Positions 1 to 8,638 of a stretch of DNA of 64,000 nucleotides are shown here, piece after piece. Within the stretch, counting starts at the first letter, position 1; every line of letters begins with the position of its first letter. Made by a program: the position numbers and the translations under genes. The notes beneath the pieces are model-generated. The model did no database searches. It saw only the letters and a list, made by a program, of their open reading frames with translations, and was not told the DNA's origin. Origin of the DNA: an uncultured virus (IMG/VR IMGVR_UViG_3300017734_000001) (lineage: Duplodnaviria; Heunggongvirae; Uroviricota; Caudoviricetes; Crassvirales); the IMG/VR virus record IMGVR_UViG_3300017734_000001. One strand, given 5' to 3'.

Positions 1-949
1 GCGTAAGCTAGCGAGGTTTGGCTATGAAAGCAAACCAAATTTTTACAACGGCACAGAAAACAATGTAGGATTATCTGCACCCACAGCTGCAGTAAAAGGT
101 TTAGAGTATTTATTGCACTGGGAAAAACAAAGAGTAGACGGCAACGAATTTGATAATAGACGTTTATTCGTAAGACACACAGGTAAATACCATATAGGTA
201 AATTTGAGTCTAGAGAATCTGGTAATGTGGGATTTGAATATATGTCTGGTGAAGTAAGAGCTAGGCTACCTATAGGTAGTAAGTTTAGTATATCTGCAGG
301 TATTATATATCGTACACATCAAAAAGCATATGGCTATAATCCAATTGAAATATGGCTAAATGAAACAATGATAGACGAATACTCGGGTGAAGAAATACCT
401 GCTAATCCTTGGTATTCTTTAGGATATGAATATGGCTTTCAAGACGCATTCTATTCTTCAGAAGTTTATAACCCAGATGGTTCTACATCTCAAATATATA
501 ATTATTTATGGACAGATGGTCAAGGTAATATAGTCGCGTATACCGATGAGGACTTTAGAGACCGCATATTTGGTGGCTTAATGAATAGGTTTAATCAGGA
601 GGCATGGTCTGAACTAGACCATTTTGCTGAAATTGCACCTATAGTTGGCTTTGATTTTTACCATTATAAAAATAACTTTTGGTTACACGCATACGGCAAT
701 TGGATTATGCCTCACCATAGCTATGTGGAAGGCAACGAGGATTTTAGTTACCTGCATCGTAACAGCTGGGGTAAAGGCGGTCATAATGATTTAATAGCCG
801 GCGAGCAATGGGACGATTACCAAGCAGGTTTGATGTTTGGTTGGAAAGTAACTAAGTCAATAGGTATATTTGTAGAAGGTGAGTACACTAAATTTTGGGA
901 CTCTAAAATATTTAACTCAAACTTTGGAATAAATTTTACATTTAGATAA
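1..949 (+). CDS. 5'-truncated putative outer-membrane beta-barrel protein
   Basis: Frame is open from base 2 (RKLARFGYESK...), so the gene starts before the window. Many amphipathic aromatic strands; C-terminus NSNFGINFTFR resembles a barrel-closing strand. Confidence 0.55.
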   Translation, partial: RKLARFGYESKPNFYNGTENNVGLSAPTAAVKGLEYLLHWEKQRVDGNEFDNRRLFVRHTGKYHIGKFESRESGNVGFEYMSGEVRARLPIGSKFSISAGIIYRTHQKAYGYNPIEIWLNETMIDEYSGEEIPANPWYSLGYEYGFQDAFYSSEVYNPDGSTSQIYNYLWTDGQGNIVAYTDEDFRDRIFGGLMNRFNQEAWSELDHFAEIAPIVGFDFYHYKNNFWLHAYGNWIMPHHSYVEGNEDFSYLHRNSWGKGGHNDLIAGEQWDDYQAGLMFGWKVTKSIGIFVEGEYTKFWDSKIFNSNFGINFTFR

Positions 950-1263
950 TGGCAGAAATATCAGAAAAATCAAAAGTATCTTTAGATATAAAAGCTGTTG
1001 TAAGCGCTGTAATAGGTATAGTGTCTATAGCCGGTGTATGGTTTACGTTAACAGCCGAAATAGCTCAGTTACAGTTAGATGTAATTAGAATGCAAGATGC
1101 TGTTGCGTTAAATGAAGAGTTTAGAATTAAATGGCCTCGTGGCGAAATGGGTGCGCTGCCTGATGATGCTAAACAAGATCTAAGAATACAATACTTACAA
1201 GACGATGTAGAACAATTAAAATATGTCGTTAAAGCTTTAGAAATAGACAACGCTAAAAAATAG
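949..1263 (+). CDS. Small membrane protein, one TM helix plus coiled coil
   Basis: Hydrophobic AVVSAVIGIVSIAGVWFTL followed by heptad-like segment; N-terminus resembles the next gene. Confidence 0.7.
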   Translation: MAEISEKSKVSLDIKAVVSAVIGIVSIAGVWFTLTAEIAQLQLDVIRMQDAVALNEEFRIKWPRGEMGALPDDAKQDLRIQYLQDDVEQLKYVVKALEIDNAKK

Positions 1264-1265
1264 TC

Positions 1266-1550
1266 ATGGCAAAACAAATAGGTGAAAATACTAAAATAAC
1301 TCTAGACTTAAAAACTATGGGTATGATTATTGGTGGTGTTGTGTCGCTAGCTTTAATGTATTTCACGTTACAAGCTGATATAGCGCTCGCTAAGGAACTT
1401 CCTGAGCCAGTAATCTCAAGAACAGAATATGATTTAAAAGATGAATTGGTTCGTCAAACAATTATGGACACACAAGAAGATGTTGATCAAATATTAGAAG
1501 ATCTAAAAAAGATTGACGAGCGTTTATACGAAATAAGAAAAAACCAATGA
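1266..1550 (+). CDS. Small membrane protein, one TM helix plus coiled coil; paralog of 949-1263
   Basis: IGENTKITLDLK vs ISEKSKVSLDIK; YFTLQADIA vs WFTLTAEIA. Confidence 0.7.
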   Translation: MAKQIGENTKITLDLKTMGMIIGGVVSLALMYFTLQADIALAKELPEPVISRTEYDLKDELVRQTIMDTQEDVDQILEDLKKIDERLYEIRKNQ

Positions 1551-1957
1551 GAACTTTAATATTATTTTTAATTAGTGCGTTTACGTACGCGCAGTCAGAT
1601 GTTCCGGATAAATACTGGATAGATGACAGTAACTTTAATAAAACTGTAAGTAACGATAACGCTTTTGGTGATGATAATGATGGCACAATAGTTGTTGAAT
1701 TCTGGGCTAAATTTAATGAAGCAAATTGTTTTAACGAATGGGATAAAATAGAAAATGCATCATATTATAGAGTTGATATATCAAAAGCACCACAAGCTAA
1801 AAAGAAGTATAGGGTTAGAATGGTGCCTACTGTTCTTATTTTTAAGTCTGGTAGCATGGAAAAAATATTTAAAGCCGGTCTTGACCTTACGCTTCCTGTG
1901 GGGTTGGTTGAAATACAAGAAGCAGTAAATGAAATAAATTTAGCAAGTAATTTTTAA
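1547..1957 (+). CDS. Exported thioredoxin-fold protein lacking CxxC
   Basis: Signal-peptide-like MRTLILFLISAFTYA; VVEFWA, RVDI, YRVRMVPTVLIFKSG match the thioredoxin fold; the WCxxC position reads FNEAN. Confidence 0.7.
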   Translation: MRTLILFLISAFTYAQSDVPDKYWIDDSNFNKTVSNDNAFGDDNDGTIVVEFWAKFNEANCFNEWDKIENASYYRVDISKAPQAKKKYRVRMVPTVLIFKSGSMEKIFKAGLDLTLPVGLVEIQEAVNEINLASNF

Positions 1958-1961
1958 TTAA

Positions 1962-2423
1962 ATGGAAAAAATCAGTAAGCATATTAGCTACAAAGAAGGC
2001 GTGTATAGCAGAACAGCACAGAGATTAGGTATAGATAATAATCCTAGTCAATACGAATTAACGAATATGCAGGTTGTTGCTGAAAACATATTTGAACCTC
2101 TTAGAGAGTGGGTTAATGGTCCTATAGCTATAAATTCTTTTTATAGAAGTGCAGATCTTAATAAGGCTATTGGAGGTAGTTCAAAGTCACAACATTGCCA
2201 AGGTAGAGCTATGGATATAGACGATACTTTTGGTCATAAAACAAACGCTGAAATGTATTGTTGGATTAAAGATAATTTAGACTTTGATCAAATGATATGG
2301 GAGTTTGGTACAGATGAAAATCCTAATTGGGTGCATGTGTCCTACGTGTCTGAAGACACTAATAGAAACAGATGTTTGAAAGCTTATAAAGAAAATGGTA
2401 AAACTAAATACAAAGTGATATGA
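1962..2423 (+). CDS. Peptidase M15 family endolysin
   Basis: INSFYRS..LNKAIGGSSKSQHCQGRAMDI and WVHVS zinc-ligand motifs. Confidence 0.85.
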   Translation: MEKISKHISYKEGVYSRTAQRLGIDNNPSQYELTNMQVVAENIFEPLREWVNGPIAINSFYRSADLNKAIGGSSKSQHCQGRAMDIDDTFGHKTNAEMYCWIKDNLDFDQMIWEFGTDENPNWVHVSYVSEDTNRNRCLKAYKENGKTKYKVI

Positions 2424-2788
2424 AAAATAAATCACCATTAAAACAAACTAGAGGCGTGAAAAAGCCTACACCAAAACACCCAGACAGAATACAACACTCT
2501 GTCTTTAGAGGTCCCAAAGATGTGCCAACCGTACCTTATACTCAATCTCAGATTGATACGATGGGTCAAAAAAGTTATGATAAACTTCCTATGTTTTTTA
2601 AAACTTTAGATGAATCAAAAAAATCTGACACTATAGTAAACAAGGTAAAAGGTAGTAAAAAACCCACGCCATTAAAAAAGAAAGATGCTTGCTATCGTAA
2701 AGCAAAAGATAAATATGATGTATTTCCATCTGCCTACGCTTCTGGTTATATAGCTAAATGTAGAAAAAGAAAAGGTAATATAGGGTAA
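2420..2788 (+). CDS. Small basic protein with SPLK/TPLK motifs and C-terminal KKDACY..FPSAYASG..CRK module
   Basis: ORF overlaps the upstream stop; lysine-rich. Confidence 0.6.
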   Translation: MKNKSPLKQTRGVKKPTPKHPDRIQHSVFRGPKDVPTVPYTQSQIDTMGQKSYDKLPMFFKTLDESKKSDTIVNKVKGSKKPTPLKKKDACYRKAKDKYDVFPSAYASGYIAKCRKRKGNIG

Positions 2789-2789
2789 T

Positions 2790-3146
2790 ATGTTTAAAAA
2801 TAAAGAATTAAGAGGATATGTAAGTGCTGCCACTGTGTTTGCTATGGTAATGGGTTTACTATTATTTTTAGCTTACAAAGAAATACCTGACACCAATAAT
2901 GATATATTTAAAGTTATTGTTGGTATGCTCGTCGGCAGTTTATCAGTTGTCATATACACTTTCATAGGTAAGAATCCGGAAGAAGTAGAATCACTGAAGG
3001 CTAAGAACGAGGCATTAGAAGATAAAGTAGCTGGCATGGTTGTTGAAAAAGATAAACTTGAAAAACTACTAAGAGATCTACAAACAGAAGTTATAGATAA
3101 ATTAGCTGTGTCAGGTGATAACTTTACTTTCAAAAACACTAAGTAA
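2790..3146 (+). CDS. Two-TM membrane protein with C-terminal coiled coil (holin/lysis-accessory candidate)
   Basis: Two hydrophobic helices followed by a charged heptad region; lies in the endolysin operon. Confidence 0.5.
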   Translation: MFKNKELRGYVSAATVFAMVMGLLLFLAYKEIPDTNNDIFKVIVGMLVGSLSVVIYTFIGKNPEEVESLKAKNEALEDKVAGMVVEKDKLEKLLRDLQTEVIDKLAVSGDNFTFKNTK

Positions 3147-3505
3147 TGGCTTTTAAGTTAAATAACTCACCTTTTAAATGTTGGGACGGTTATGAAAGAG
3201 TTCCTGGTACTAAATCTGGAGCTAAAGGTAGCTGTCGCAAGTCTTCACCTATGAAGGTTAGAAAGACTGAAAAAGGTTTAGCTCTTAAACGTTGGTTTAG
3301 AGAAGAGTGGAAAGATGAAAAAGGTAACGTCTGTGGCTCTGATAAAAACAAAAACACTAAAGTTTGTAGACCTAGTAAAAGAGTTAGTAAAGATAGCCCT
3401 AAATCTTGGGGTGAAATGAGTAAAGGTGAAAAATCAAAAGTAGTTCGTGCAAAAAAGAAGGTTGGTATGGGCAAACGAAGATCATCATCAAGTAATGTAG
3501 CATAA
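3146..3505 (+). CDS. Small basic Cys-containing phage protein (LKRWFREEWKD..CG..CRP type)
   Basis: Starts MAFKLNNSPFK; very basic. Confidence 0.6.
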   Translation: MAFKLNNSPFKCWDGYERVPGTKSGAKGSCRKSSPMKVRKTEKGLALKRWFREEWKDEKGNVCGSDKNKNTKVCRPSKRVSKDSPKSWGEMSKGEKSKVVRAKKKVGMGKRRSSSSNVA

Positions 3506-3508
3506 AAA

Positions 3509-3529
3509 AAAGGGGCGTTAAGCCCCTTT
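3509..3529. terminator. Bidirectional intrinsic terminator between convergent arms
   Basis: AAAGGGGC-GTTAA-GCCCCTTT with A/T runs on both sides, between convergent stops. Confidence 0.85.
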
Positions 3530-3534
3530 ATTAT

Positions 3535-5301
3535 TTACCCATCGCAAGCAGTGCATTCAGGATCCATAGCTTGTTTAGCGATATCACCTCGTAACACTGA
3601 CTCTGTTCTCATATAGTATAATGTTTTAATACCTTTTTTCCAAGCTTCCATGTGAACTTGATTTATCCACTTTGGTGTAGCTTCAGAGGGAAAAGCTAAG
3701 TTCAAGCTAACAGACTGATCAATATACTGTTGACGTATACCAGCTTGATTAACTAACTCTAATTGATTTATTTCTTTAAAGGTTTTAAATACATCTACTA
3801 CTTTATCAAAACCCGTTAGATCTAACGAATTTTGCTCAGATAGACGTACTAGTCTACCATTAACATAGCCGAAATCAGCAAGCTCTTTTATGTCTTGTAT
3901 ACTTCCTCCATCGGCCATAATCTTATCCCAAGTTTCTTTGGTATTTATACCAGCTTTACGAAGAACTTTTTCTAGTTCTTTGTTCTTCCTAATGAACGTA
4001 CCCTTCGCGCTTTGTTCAGTGAAAACATTAGCGGCCCAAGGCTCAATGCCAGGACTAACATTACCGGCAAGCTTACTATTACTGACAGTAGGAGCAATAG
4101 CCCTAAGATGAGTGTTGCGAAGGCCAGTGCCACGACACCAAAGAGGTTCACCATAAACCTCAGCAAGAGCTCTTGACGCGCGTTCACTTTCAATTTTAAT
4201 CTGTGAAAATATACGTCTTGTTTGAAACTGGGCTTGTAATCCTTCAAAGGGGATTCCATTTTGTTGAAGATACGTATGCCAACCCAAGACTCCCAAGCCA
4301 AGTGCACGGCCTTTTTCTGCAGATCGCACAGAGTTGCCGAAGCCCTTGAGACCTTTAGCTTTTTGAATGAATTCTTCCAGGACTCCATCAAGAAACCAAA
4401 TAGCATCATATATAATATTTGTATTTTTCCATTCCTCATATTTTGATAAATTAAGTGAAGATAAACAGCACACAAAACTGTGTGACTCGTCAGTATGTAG
4501 AGTTATTTCACTACATATATTTGTCATATGTACTTTTAAAGCGTTGTCTTTGTACGCTGCTGGATTTGCTTTATTAGTGTTTCCTTTAAAAAGGATATAC
4601 GGTTCTCCGGTGCTTTTCCTTTTTCTAAGAAGTTTACTCCATTTAGATCTAGCCTCTGCATCTCCTCGTTCAAGCTTTCGCATAAACTTATCGCCAACCA
4701 CTGCGCACTGATGTAAGTTAAGAGATTGTCTGTTGACATCTCCTTTAGGTTCTCGTATTTCAAGCCACTGCTCAAAATCTCTGTGGTCAATGTTGATATT
4801 AACGCTTGCAGCTCCGCGTCTAACTGATCCTTGATTGGTTGCAAGAATTGTGCTATCGTAGATTTTGCAGAAGGGTACGACTCCGTCTGATGTTCCATTT
4901 CCTGTTATTGTTGCGCCGGCGGGTCTAATCATATTAATACCAATGCCAACTCCGCCGCCGTGCTTTGCAAGTAACATCATCTCTAAATTTTTAGTACCTA
5001 TGTCATGTATACTATCACCGACATCTATACCAAAGCAGCTAATAGGTAAACCACGATCAGTGCCTGTGTTAGATAAAACCGGAGACGCTAAACACAACCA
5101 ACCCTTCCAGATATAATCAAAAAATGTATCTGCTAACTCTGGTTTGTACAATCGTCTTGCGATTGTTGTTGCGACTCTTTTGTATGCGTCTCTTGGGGAC
5201 TCTCCCATATGTAAATATCCCCCGGATATAGTCTTCTTGTATACTTCCGTGTCTCCCCAAGATGGGTAGTCGACACCTTTTTTCCATTCATTATTCCACA
5301 T
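3535..5301 (-). CDS. nrdA: Class I ribonucleotide reductase alpha subunit (short form)
   Basis: PISCF, TNICSEI (NxCxE), AIAPT, KTLYY and C-terminal CTAC motifs. Confidence 0.95.
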   Translation of the reverse strand: MWNNEWKKGVDYPSWGDTEVYKKTISGGYLHMGESPRDAYKRVATTIARRLYKPELADTFFDYIWKGWLCLASPVLSNTGTDRGLPISCFGIDVGDSIHDIGTKNLEMMLLAKHGGGVGIGINMIRPAGATITGNGTSDGVVPFCKIYDSTILATNQGSVRRGAASVNINIDHRDFEQWLEIREPKGDVNRQSLNLHQCAVVGDKFMRKLERGDAEARSKWSKLLRKRKSTGEPYILFKGNTNKANPAAYKDNALKVHMTNICSEITLHTDESHSFVCCLSSLNLSKYEEWKNTNIIYDAIWFLDGVLEEFIQKAKGLKGFGNSVRSAEKGRALGLGVLGWHTYLQQNGIPFEGLQAQFQTRRIFSQIKIESERASRALAEVYGEPLWCRGTGLRNTHLRAIAPTVSNSKLAGNVSPGIEPWAANVFTEQSAKGTFIRKNKELEKVLRKAGINTKETWDKIMADGGSIQDIKELADFGYVNGRLVRLSEQNSLDLTGFDKVVDVFKTFKEINQLELVNQAGIRQQYIDQSVSLNLAFPSEATPKWINQVHMEAWKKGIKTLYYMRTESVLRGDIAKQAMDPECTACDG

Positions 5302-5534
5302 TATTTAAAAAATAGTATGGCGTACGCCATCATTACATTTATATTTGCTATTACTAAGTTCCATTGCTTTGCCACCCAAACTTGTGGTAAACAAAACAAA
5401 CCAGCTAAAAAATATATTACGACACCAGGTGTGTCAGGTAACATATGGGGAGCAGTTACAAAAAAACCGGTCCCCATGTATCCTAGCCTATTAGCTAATC
5501 TTTCCGTCGGAGACAACTTCCTCTCTTTCACCAT
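5301..5534 (-). CDS. Small membrane protein
   Basis: Several hydrophobic segments; probable start MVKERK at 5534 (track start 5579). Confidence 0.5.
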   Translation of the reverse strand: MVKERKLSPTERLANRLGYMGTGFFVTAPHMLPDTPGVVIYFLAGLFCLPQVWVAKQWNLVIANINVMMAYAILFFK

Positions 5535-5718
5535 GCTCTCCAGCAGCTTTCTCTTTAAGCTTTTCGATTGCTTTTTCATAGTTAGGCATTTCTTTTATTG
5601 TTTGAAAAGTTCCAACGGACATTGTCTTTACCTGCTCCAATTCCTGTCGCATATAATCAACCACTCGTATAAGTGCTTGAATCTGTTTTTGCATTTCAAT
5701 TAATTTACTTTCTTTCAT
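5491..5718 (-). CDS. Hypothetical coiled-coil protein
   Basis: 75-aa ORF in operon orientation between the RNR subunits. Confidence 0.55.
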   Translation of the reverse strand: MKESKLIEMQKQIQALIRVVDYMRQELEQVKTMSVGTFQTIKEMPNYEKAIEKLKEKAAGEHGEREEVVSDGKIS

Positions 5719-5762
5719 TTCTTTTTCTTAAATCTTCCCACATTTCGTCTTCCGACATTAAA

Positions 5763-6722
5763 TTACCATATGTTTTCAAAGTCTTCACCTTCGTTAGCCT
5801 TTGAGTAATCAGTTGGGCGAATAGCGAAGAAATCTGTATGAGTATGGCCACCGGTAAGATGATAAAACCAATCAAGGTTATCAGCCGCTTCAGTATCGAC
5901 ATCGAAGAAGGCGAGGTATCCAAGTTCAACAAGTTTTTCATTTGCTCTTTTTCTTATAAATTGTTTAAGGTCGTATGCTTTTAGGTTTTCAATATCACCC
6001 ATTTCAAACATTTTGTCAATATACTTTTCCTCTAGCTCTACCATAGTTTTGGCAGCTTCAGCTATATCTTCTTGACAATTTTCTAGTAAACCAGGTGTTT
6101 CACTACACATATCGCGGAAAAGTTTACAACCCATCTTACTGTGAAGTGACTCATCTCGTACACTCCATTTCATTTGTTGCCCTACACCTTTCAATAAGTT
6201 TCTTAACTGAAAACTGTACAGTACAGCAAACGCAGAGTATAAGCTAACCCCTTCAGCAAAAGCGCTAAAGACAGCAAGAGACTTACCAATACCAACAGGA
6301 TCGGTGCCGCTATAACTAACCAGATTGTCAAACCTTCTAGCAGTCGCCGGCTCATGTAAAAAAGCTTCATAATCTTCAAGACCTAATGTTTCATTTAAAT
6401 AACTATATGCAACAGCGTGTATTGTTTCTTGCGAACCAAACATCATTGCCATTTGTTGTATCTCGTGTTTAGGAAACCACGAAACAACCTTCTGTGTCCA
6501 ATAGTCTGAAACAGCGCACTCTGTTTGTGCAAACCCGAGCAATATGTTCCCGACTAAGTTTTTCTCTTTATCATTTAATTTTTCATTCCAATCTTTTATG
6601 TCGCTTTGCATAGGTATTTCAGTGTGCAACCAAAATGCCTGCGCTTGCTTAAGCCACCCTTCTGTATAATAGTCAGGGTATTCAAATGGTTTGTACGCTA
6701 TGCGCTCATCAAACAATCCCAT
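5763..6722 (-). CDS. nrdB: Ribonucleotide reductase beta subunit
   Basis: FW..EIPMQSD, QETIHAVAY, EGVSLYSAF, RDESLH diiron motifs; HTDFF. Confidence 0.95.
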   Translation of the reverse strand: MGLFDERIAYKPFEYPDYYTEGWLKQAQAFWLHTEIPMQSDIKDWNEKLNDKEKNLVGNILLGFAQTECAVSDYWTQKVVSWFPKHEIQQMAMMFGSQETIHAVAYSYLNETLGLEDYEAFLHEPATARRFDNLVSYSGTDPVGIGKSLAVFSAFAEGVSLYSAFAVLYSFQLRNLLKGVGQQMKWSVRDESLHSKMGCKLFRDMCSETPGLLENCQEDIAEAAKTMVELEEKYIDKMFEMGDIENLKAYDLKQFIRKRANEKLVELGYLAFFDVDTEAADNLDWFYHLTGGHTHTDFFAIRPTDYSKANEGEDFENIW

Positions 6723-6883
6723 TATCTTTCAACTTCGTAAGCAAGATCAATGAACGGTAGATAAAAAACCGTTTGACTATGTGTATCACCCGCGTAACTT
6801 CTTACTCCAAAGAGTATACCAGGATACGTTCCTAAACTTAAAGACCATTCTTTACCGGCCTTGCCCTTTGTATTTTTTGACAT
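6722..6883 (-). CDS. Small hypothetical protein
   Basis: Probable ATG start MSKNTKG at 6883; stop overlaps the nrdB start. Confidence 0.5.
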   Translation of the reverse strand: MSKNTKGKAGKEWSLSLGTYPGILFGVRSYAGDTHSQTVFYLPFIDLAYEVER

Positions 6884-6986
6884 AATTTTTACTTTGTTTG
6901 TTGTTACTATTCCTTGTTTTCGCGTGGACACCAGGCCTACGCACTTTTGTCTTCTTAATGTATTTAAATAAAGCTAACTTAGCCAT
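6852..6986 (-). CDS. 44-aa highly basic protein ending KKYKGQGR (not in ORF track)
   Basis: Translated by hand: MAKLALFKYIKKTKVRRPGVHAKTRNSNNKQSKNYVKKYKGQGR. Confidence 0.65.
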   Translation of the reverse strand: MAKLALFKYIKKTKVRRPGVHAKTRNSNNKQSKNYVKKYKGQGR

Positions 6987-7152
6987 AAACTTTAATATTA
7001 TATCGTTCTTGTAAATCAACTAGATGTTTATACTTAACGTAACCTTTAACATCAACACTCCACTTTATCCATTTGTCAATTTGACGCTCTTTGTATTTTG
7101 CTCTAGCTATTTTTTTTGATTTTCCAGAATCAATTTTACTGTTTCGTCGCAT
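6979..7152 (-). CDS. 57-aa hypothetical protein (not in ORF track)
   Basis: MRRNSKIDSGKSKKIARAKYKERQIDKWIKW...NIKVYG; fills the gap and overlaps both neighbours. Confidence 0.5.
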   Translation of the reverse strand: MRRNSKIDSGKSKKIARAKYKERQIDKWIKWSVDVKGYVKYKHLVDLQERYNIKVYG

Positions 7153-7565
7153 TCTTTTTGATTTTGTGGTTTGTATAATACATACTCAGGGAACTGTTCT
7201 GTAACTAACTTTTTAAATAACTTCCAACGCATTGGAAATGATTCGTTAGCTCTACCTTTTGTTTCTATAATAAAGTCATCGCCAATAAAATCAGGTGTGT
7301 ATTTAATGGGTAGTATACGTTTTGATCCTCTGTCCTTGTATTCTCCTTTTCCATTTGCTTGTTTTGCATAACATTTGTTTTCAAAGTGAAATCCATTTAA
7401 CAATACAAAAGTTTCACCTTCATATTTGTTTTTAATTTTAGCTCTTTTTAAACCCATGTACATATAACGCTCAAGGCCAGAAGCAAAATTAATACCGTCG
7501 TATGTTATTTTTTTTGCTTGAACTGGCCCGCGTTTTTTTGATCTTCTTTTATAAGGTCTCTTCAT
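7107..7565 (-). CDS. T7 endonuclease I-like PD-(D/E)xK nuclease / resolvase
   Basis: FASGLE, YE, YTPDF, IIETKGR motifs; probable start MKRPYK at 7565. Confidence 0.8.
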   Translation of the reverse strand: MKRPYKRRSKKRGPVQAKKITYDGINFASGLERYMYMGLKRAKIKNKYEGETFVLLNGFHFENKCYAKQANGKGEYKDRGSKRILPIKYTPDFIGDDFIIETKGRANESFPMRWKLFKKLVTEQFPEYVLYKPQNQKECDETVKLILENQKK

Positions 7566-7878
7566 CGTTAACTTCAATATCGTAATGAAGGCCATCGTTA
7601 CCATTTTGGCCTATAATGTCCATTCTTTTTAACATACACTCTTCTATCTCGTTTTGTAAACAGTGACGAGCTGACTGTATGTATAGCAATGCGTCCATTA
7701 TTTCTTCTTGAACATCAACTAAAAATCTATCTAAGTCTTTTACTTGATTTTCAATTTCACCCATCATAGTAGCACCGTACTTAGCTTGACCAACCAGACT
7801 ACGTTGATCTATCTTTTCGATAACTTGTTGTACGATTTCGTCTTTAGTCTTTACTGTGTAATTACTCATCTTTAACAA
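7549..7878 (-). CDS. All-alpha NTP pyrophosphohydrolase-like protein
   Basis: R..VGQAKYG.TM ... VQEEIMDALLY pattern (EExxD). Confidence 0.5.
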   Translation of the reverse strand: MLKMSNYTVKTKDEIVQQVIEKIDQRSLVGQAKYGATMMGEIENQVKDLDRFLVDVQEEIMDALLYIQSARHCLQNEIEECMLKRMDIIGQNGNDGLHYDIEVNDEETL

Positions 7879-8635
7879 ATGTTCCGTTTACCATAGATCC
7901 AGTTCTATCGCTGATCTCATTGTAAGCACTGCTAATACAATGTTCAATATCGAACCCGCCCAAGTGGGAAAGATTTGTAAGTACAACAACGCAATCGCCA
8001 ATGGCATCAATAAACTCATCTTTATCGTCTTTGAGAATTGCTTTTCCGAGCTCTCCGACTTCTTCCATAAGTTTAACAAACTGCGTTTTAGTATCTCCAT
8101 TTTCATATATACCTCTTTCATTAGCCCAGTTTCTAATTAAATCAAAAGTGTCATTAGATTCTAGTTTTTGTTTTGGATTATGTGTTGGATTAAAAAAGGC
8201 TTCGTAAAAAGCCTTGTTGTAAATATAGCTTCGATTGTTGTTATACATCGAGGTTTTAACGTTGTTCATTATCCAAGGAATATGCTCTTTTTTTAGTTCA
8301 AAACTAAACTCTGGCGTCTTCCATTTTAAACCTATATTATCTAAAAGTCTACCTTTCAATTTAGATACAGGCAAAGGAAATGTACTTGTTTGGTCTGTTG
8401 GGTTTATTTTCATTTTATTAGATTTTGTGTATAAATTTTTATACTTCTTACTATCAACTCTATAGCCATAAGACTGTTGAAGTTCTATTTCGCGGTCTGA
8501 TATATAGTCTATATCGTCTGACTGCTCAAGAACTTCATATTCATCTTCCTTATAGCCTTGTATAAGAGTTACACGGTTATATAGATTACTTGTAACACCG
8601 ATTTTTTTACCAGGAATGTGGTATAAATAATACAT
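7862..8635 (-). CDS. MazG-like nucleotide pyrophosphohydrolase with N-terminal extension
   Basis: C-terminal KLMEEVGEL..DAIGD..VVL..AYNEI..R; N-terminal YLYH..KIGVT..L..R is GIY-YIG-like. Confidence 0.75.
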   Translation of the reverse strand: MYYLYHIPGKKIGVTSNLYNRVTLIQGYKEDEYEVLEQSDDIDYISDREIELQQSYGYRVDSKKYKNLYTKSNKMKINPTDQTSTFPLPVSKLKGRLLDNIGLKWKTPEFSFELKKEHIPWIMNNVKTSMYNNNRSYIYNKAFYEAFFNPTHNPKQKLESNDTFDLIRNWANERGIYENGDTKTQFVKLMEEVGELGKAILKDDKDEFIDAIGDCVVVLTNLSHLGGFDIEHCISSAYNEISDRTGSMVNGTFVKDE

Positions 8636-8638
8636 AAA

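Noticed and set aside
7107..7120. A8 run at the endonuclease stop as a -1 frameshift site
   Set aside because: The -1 frame has its own ATG at 7152, so a simple overlapping gene explains it.
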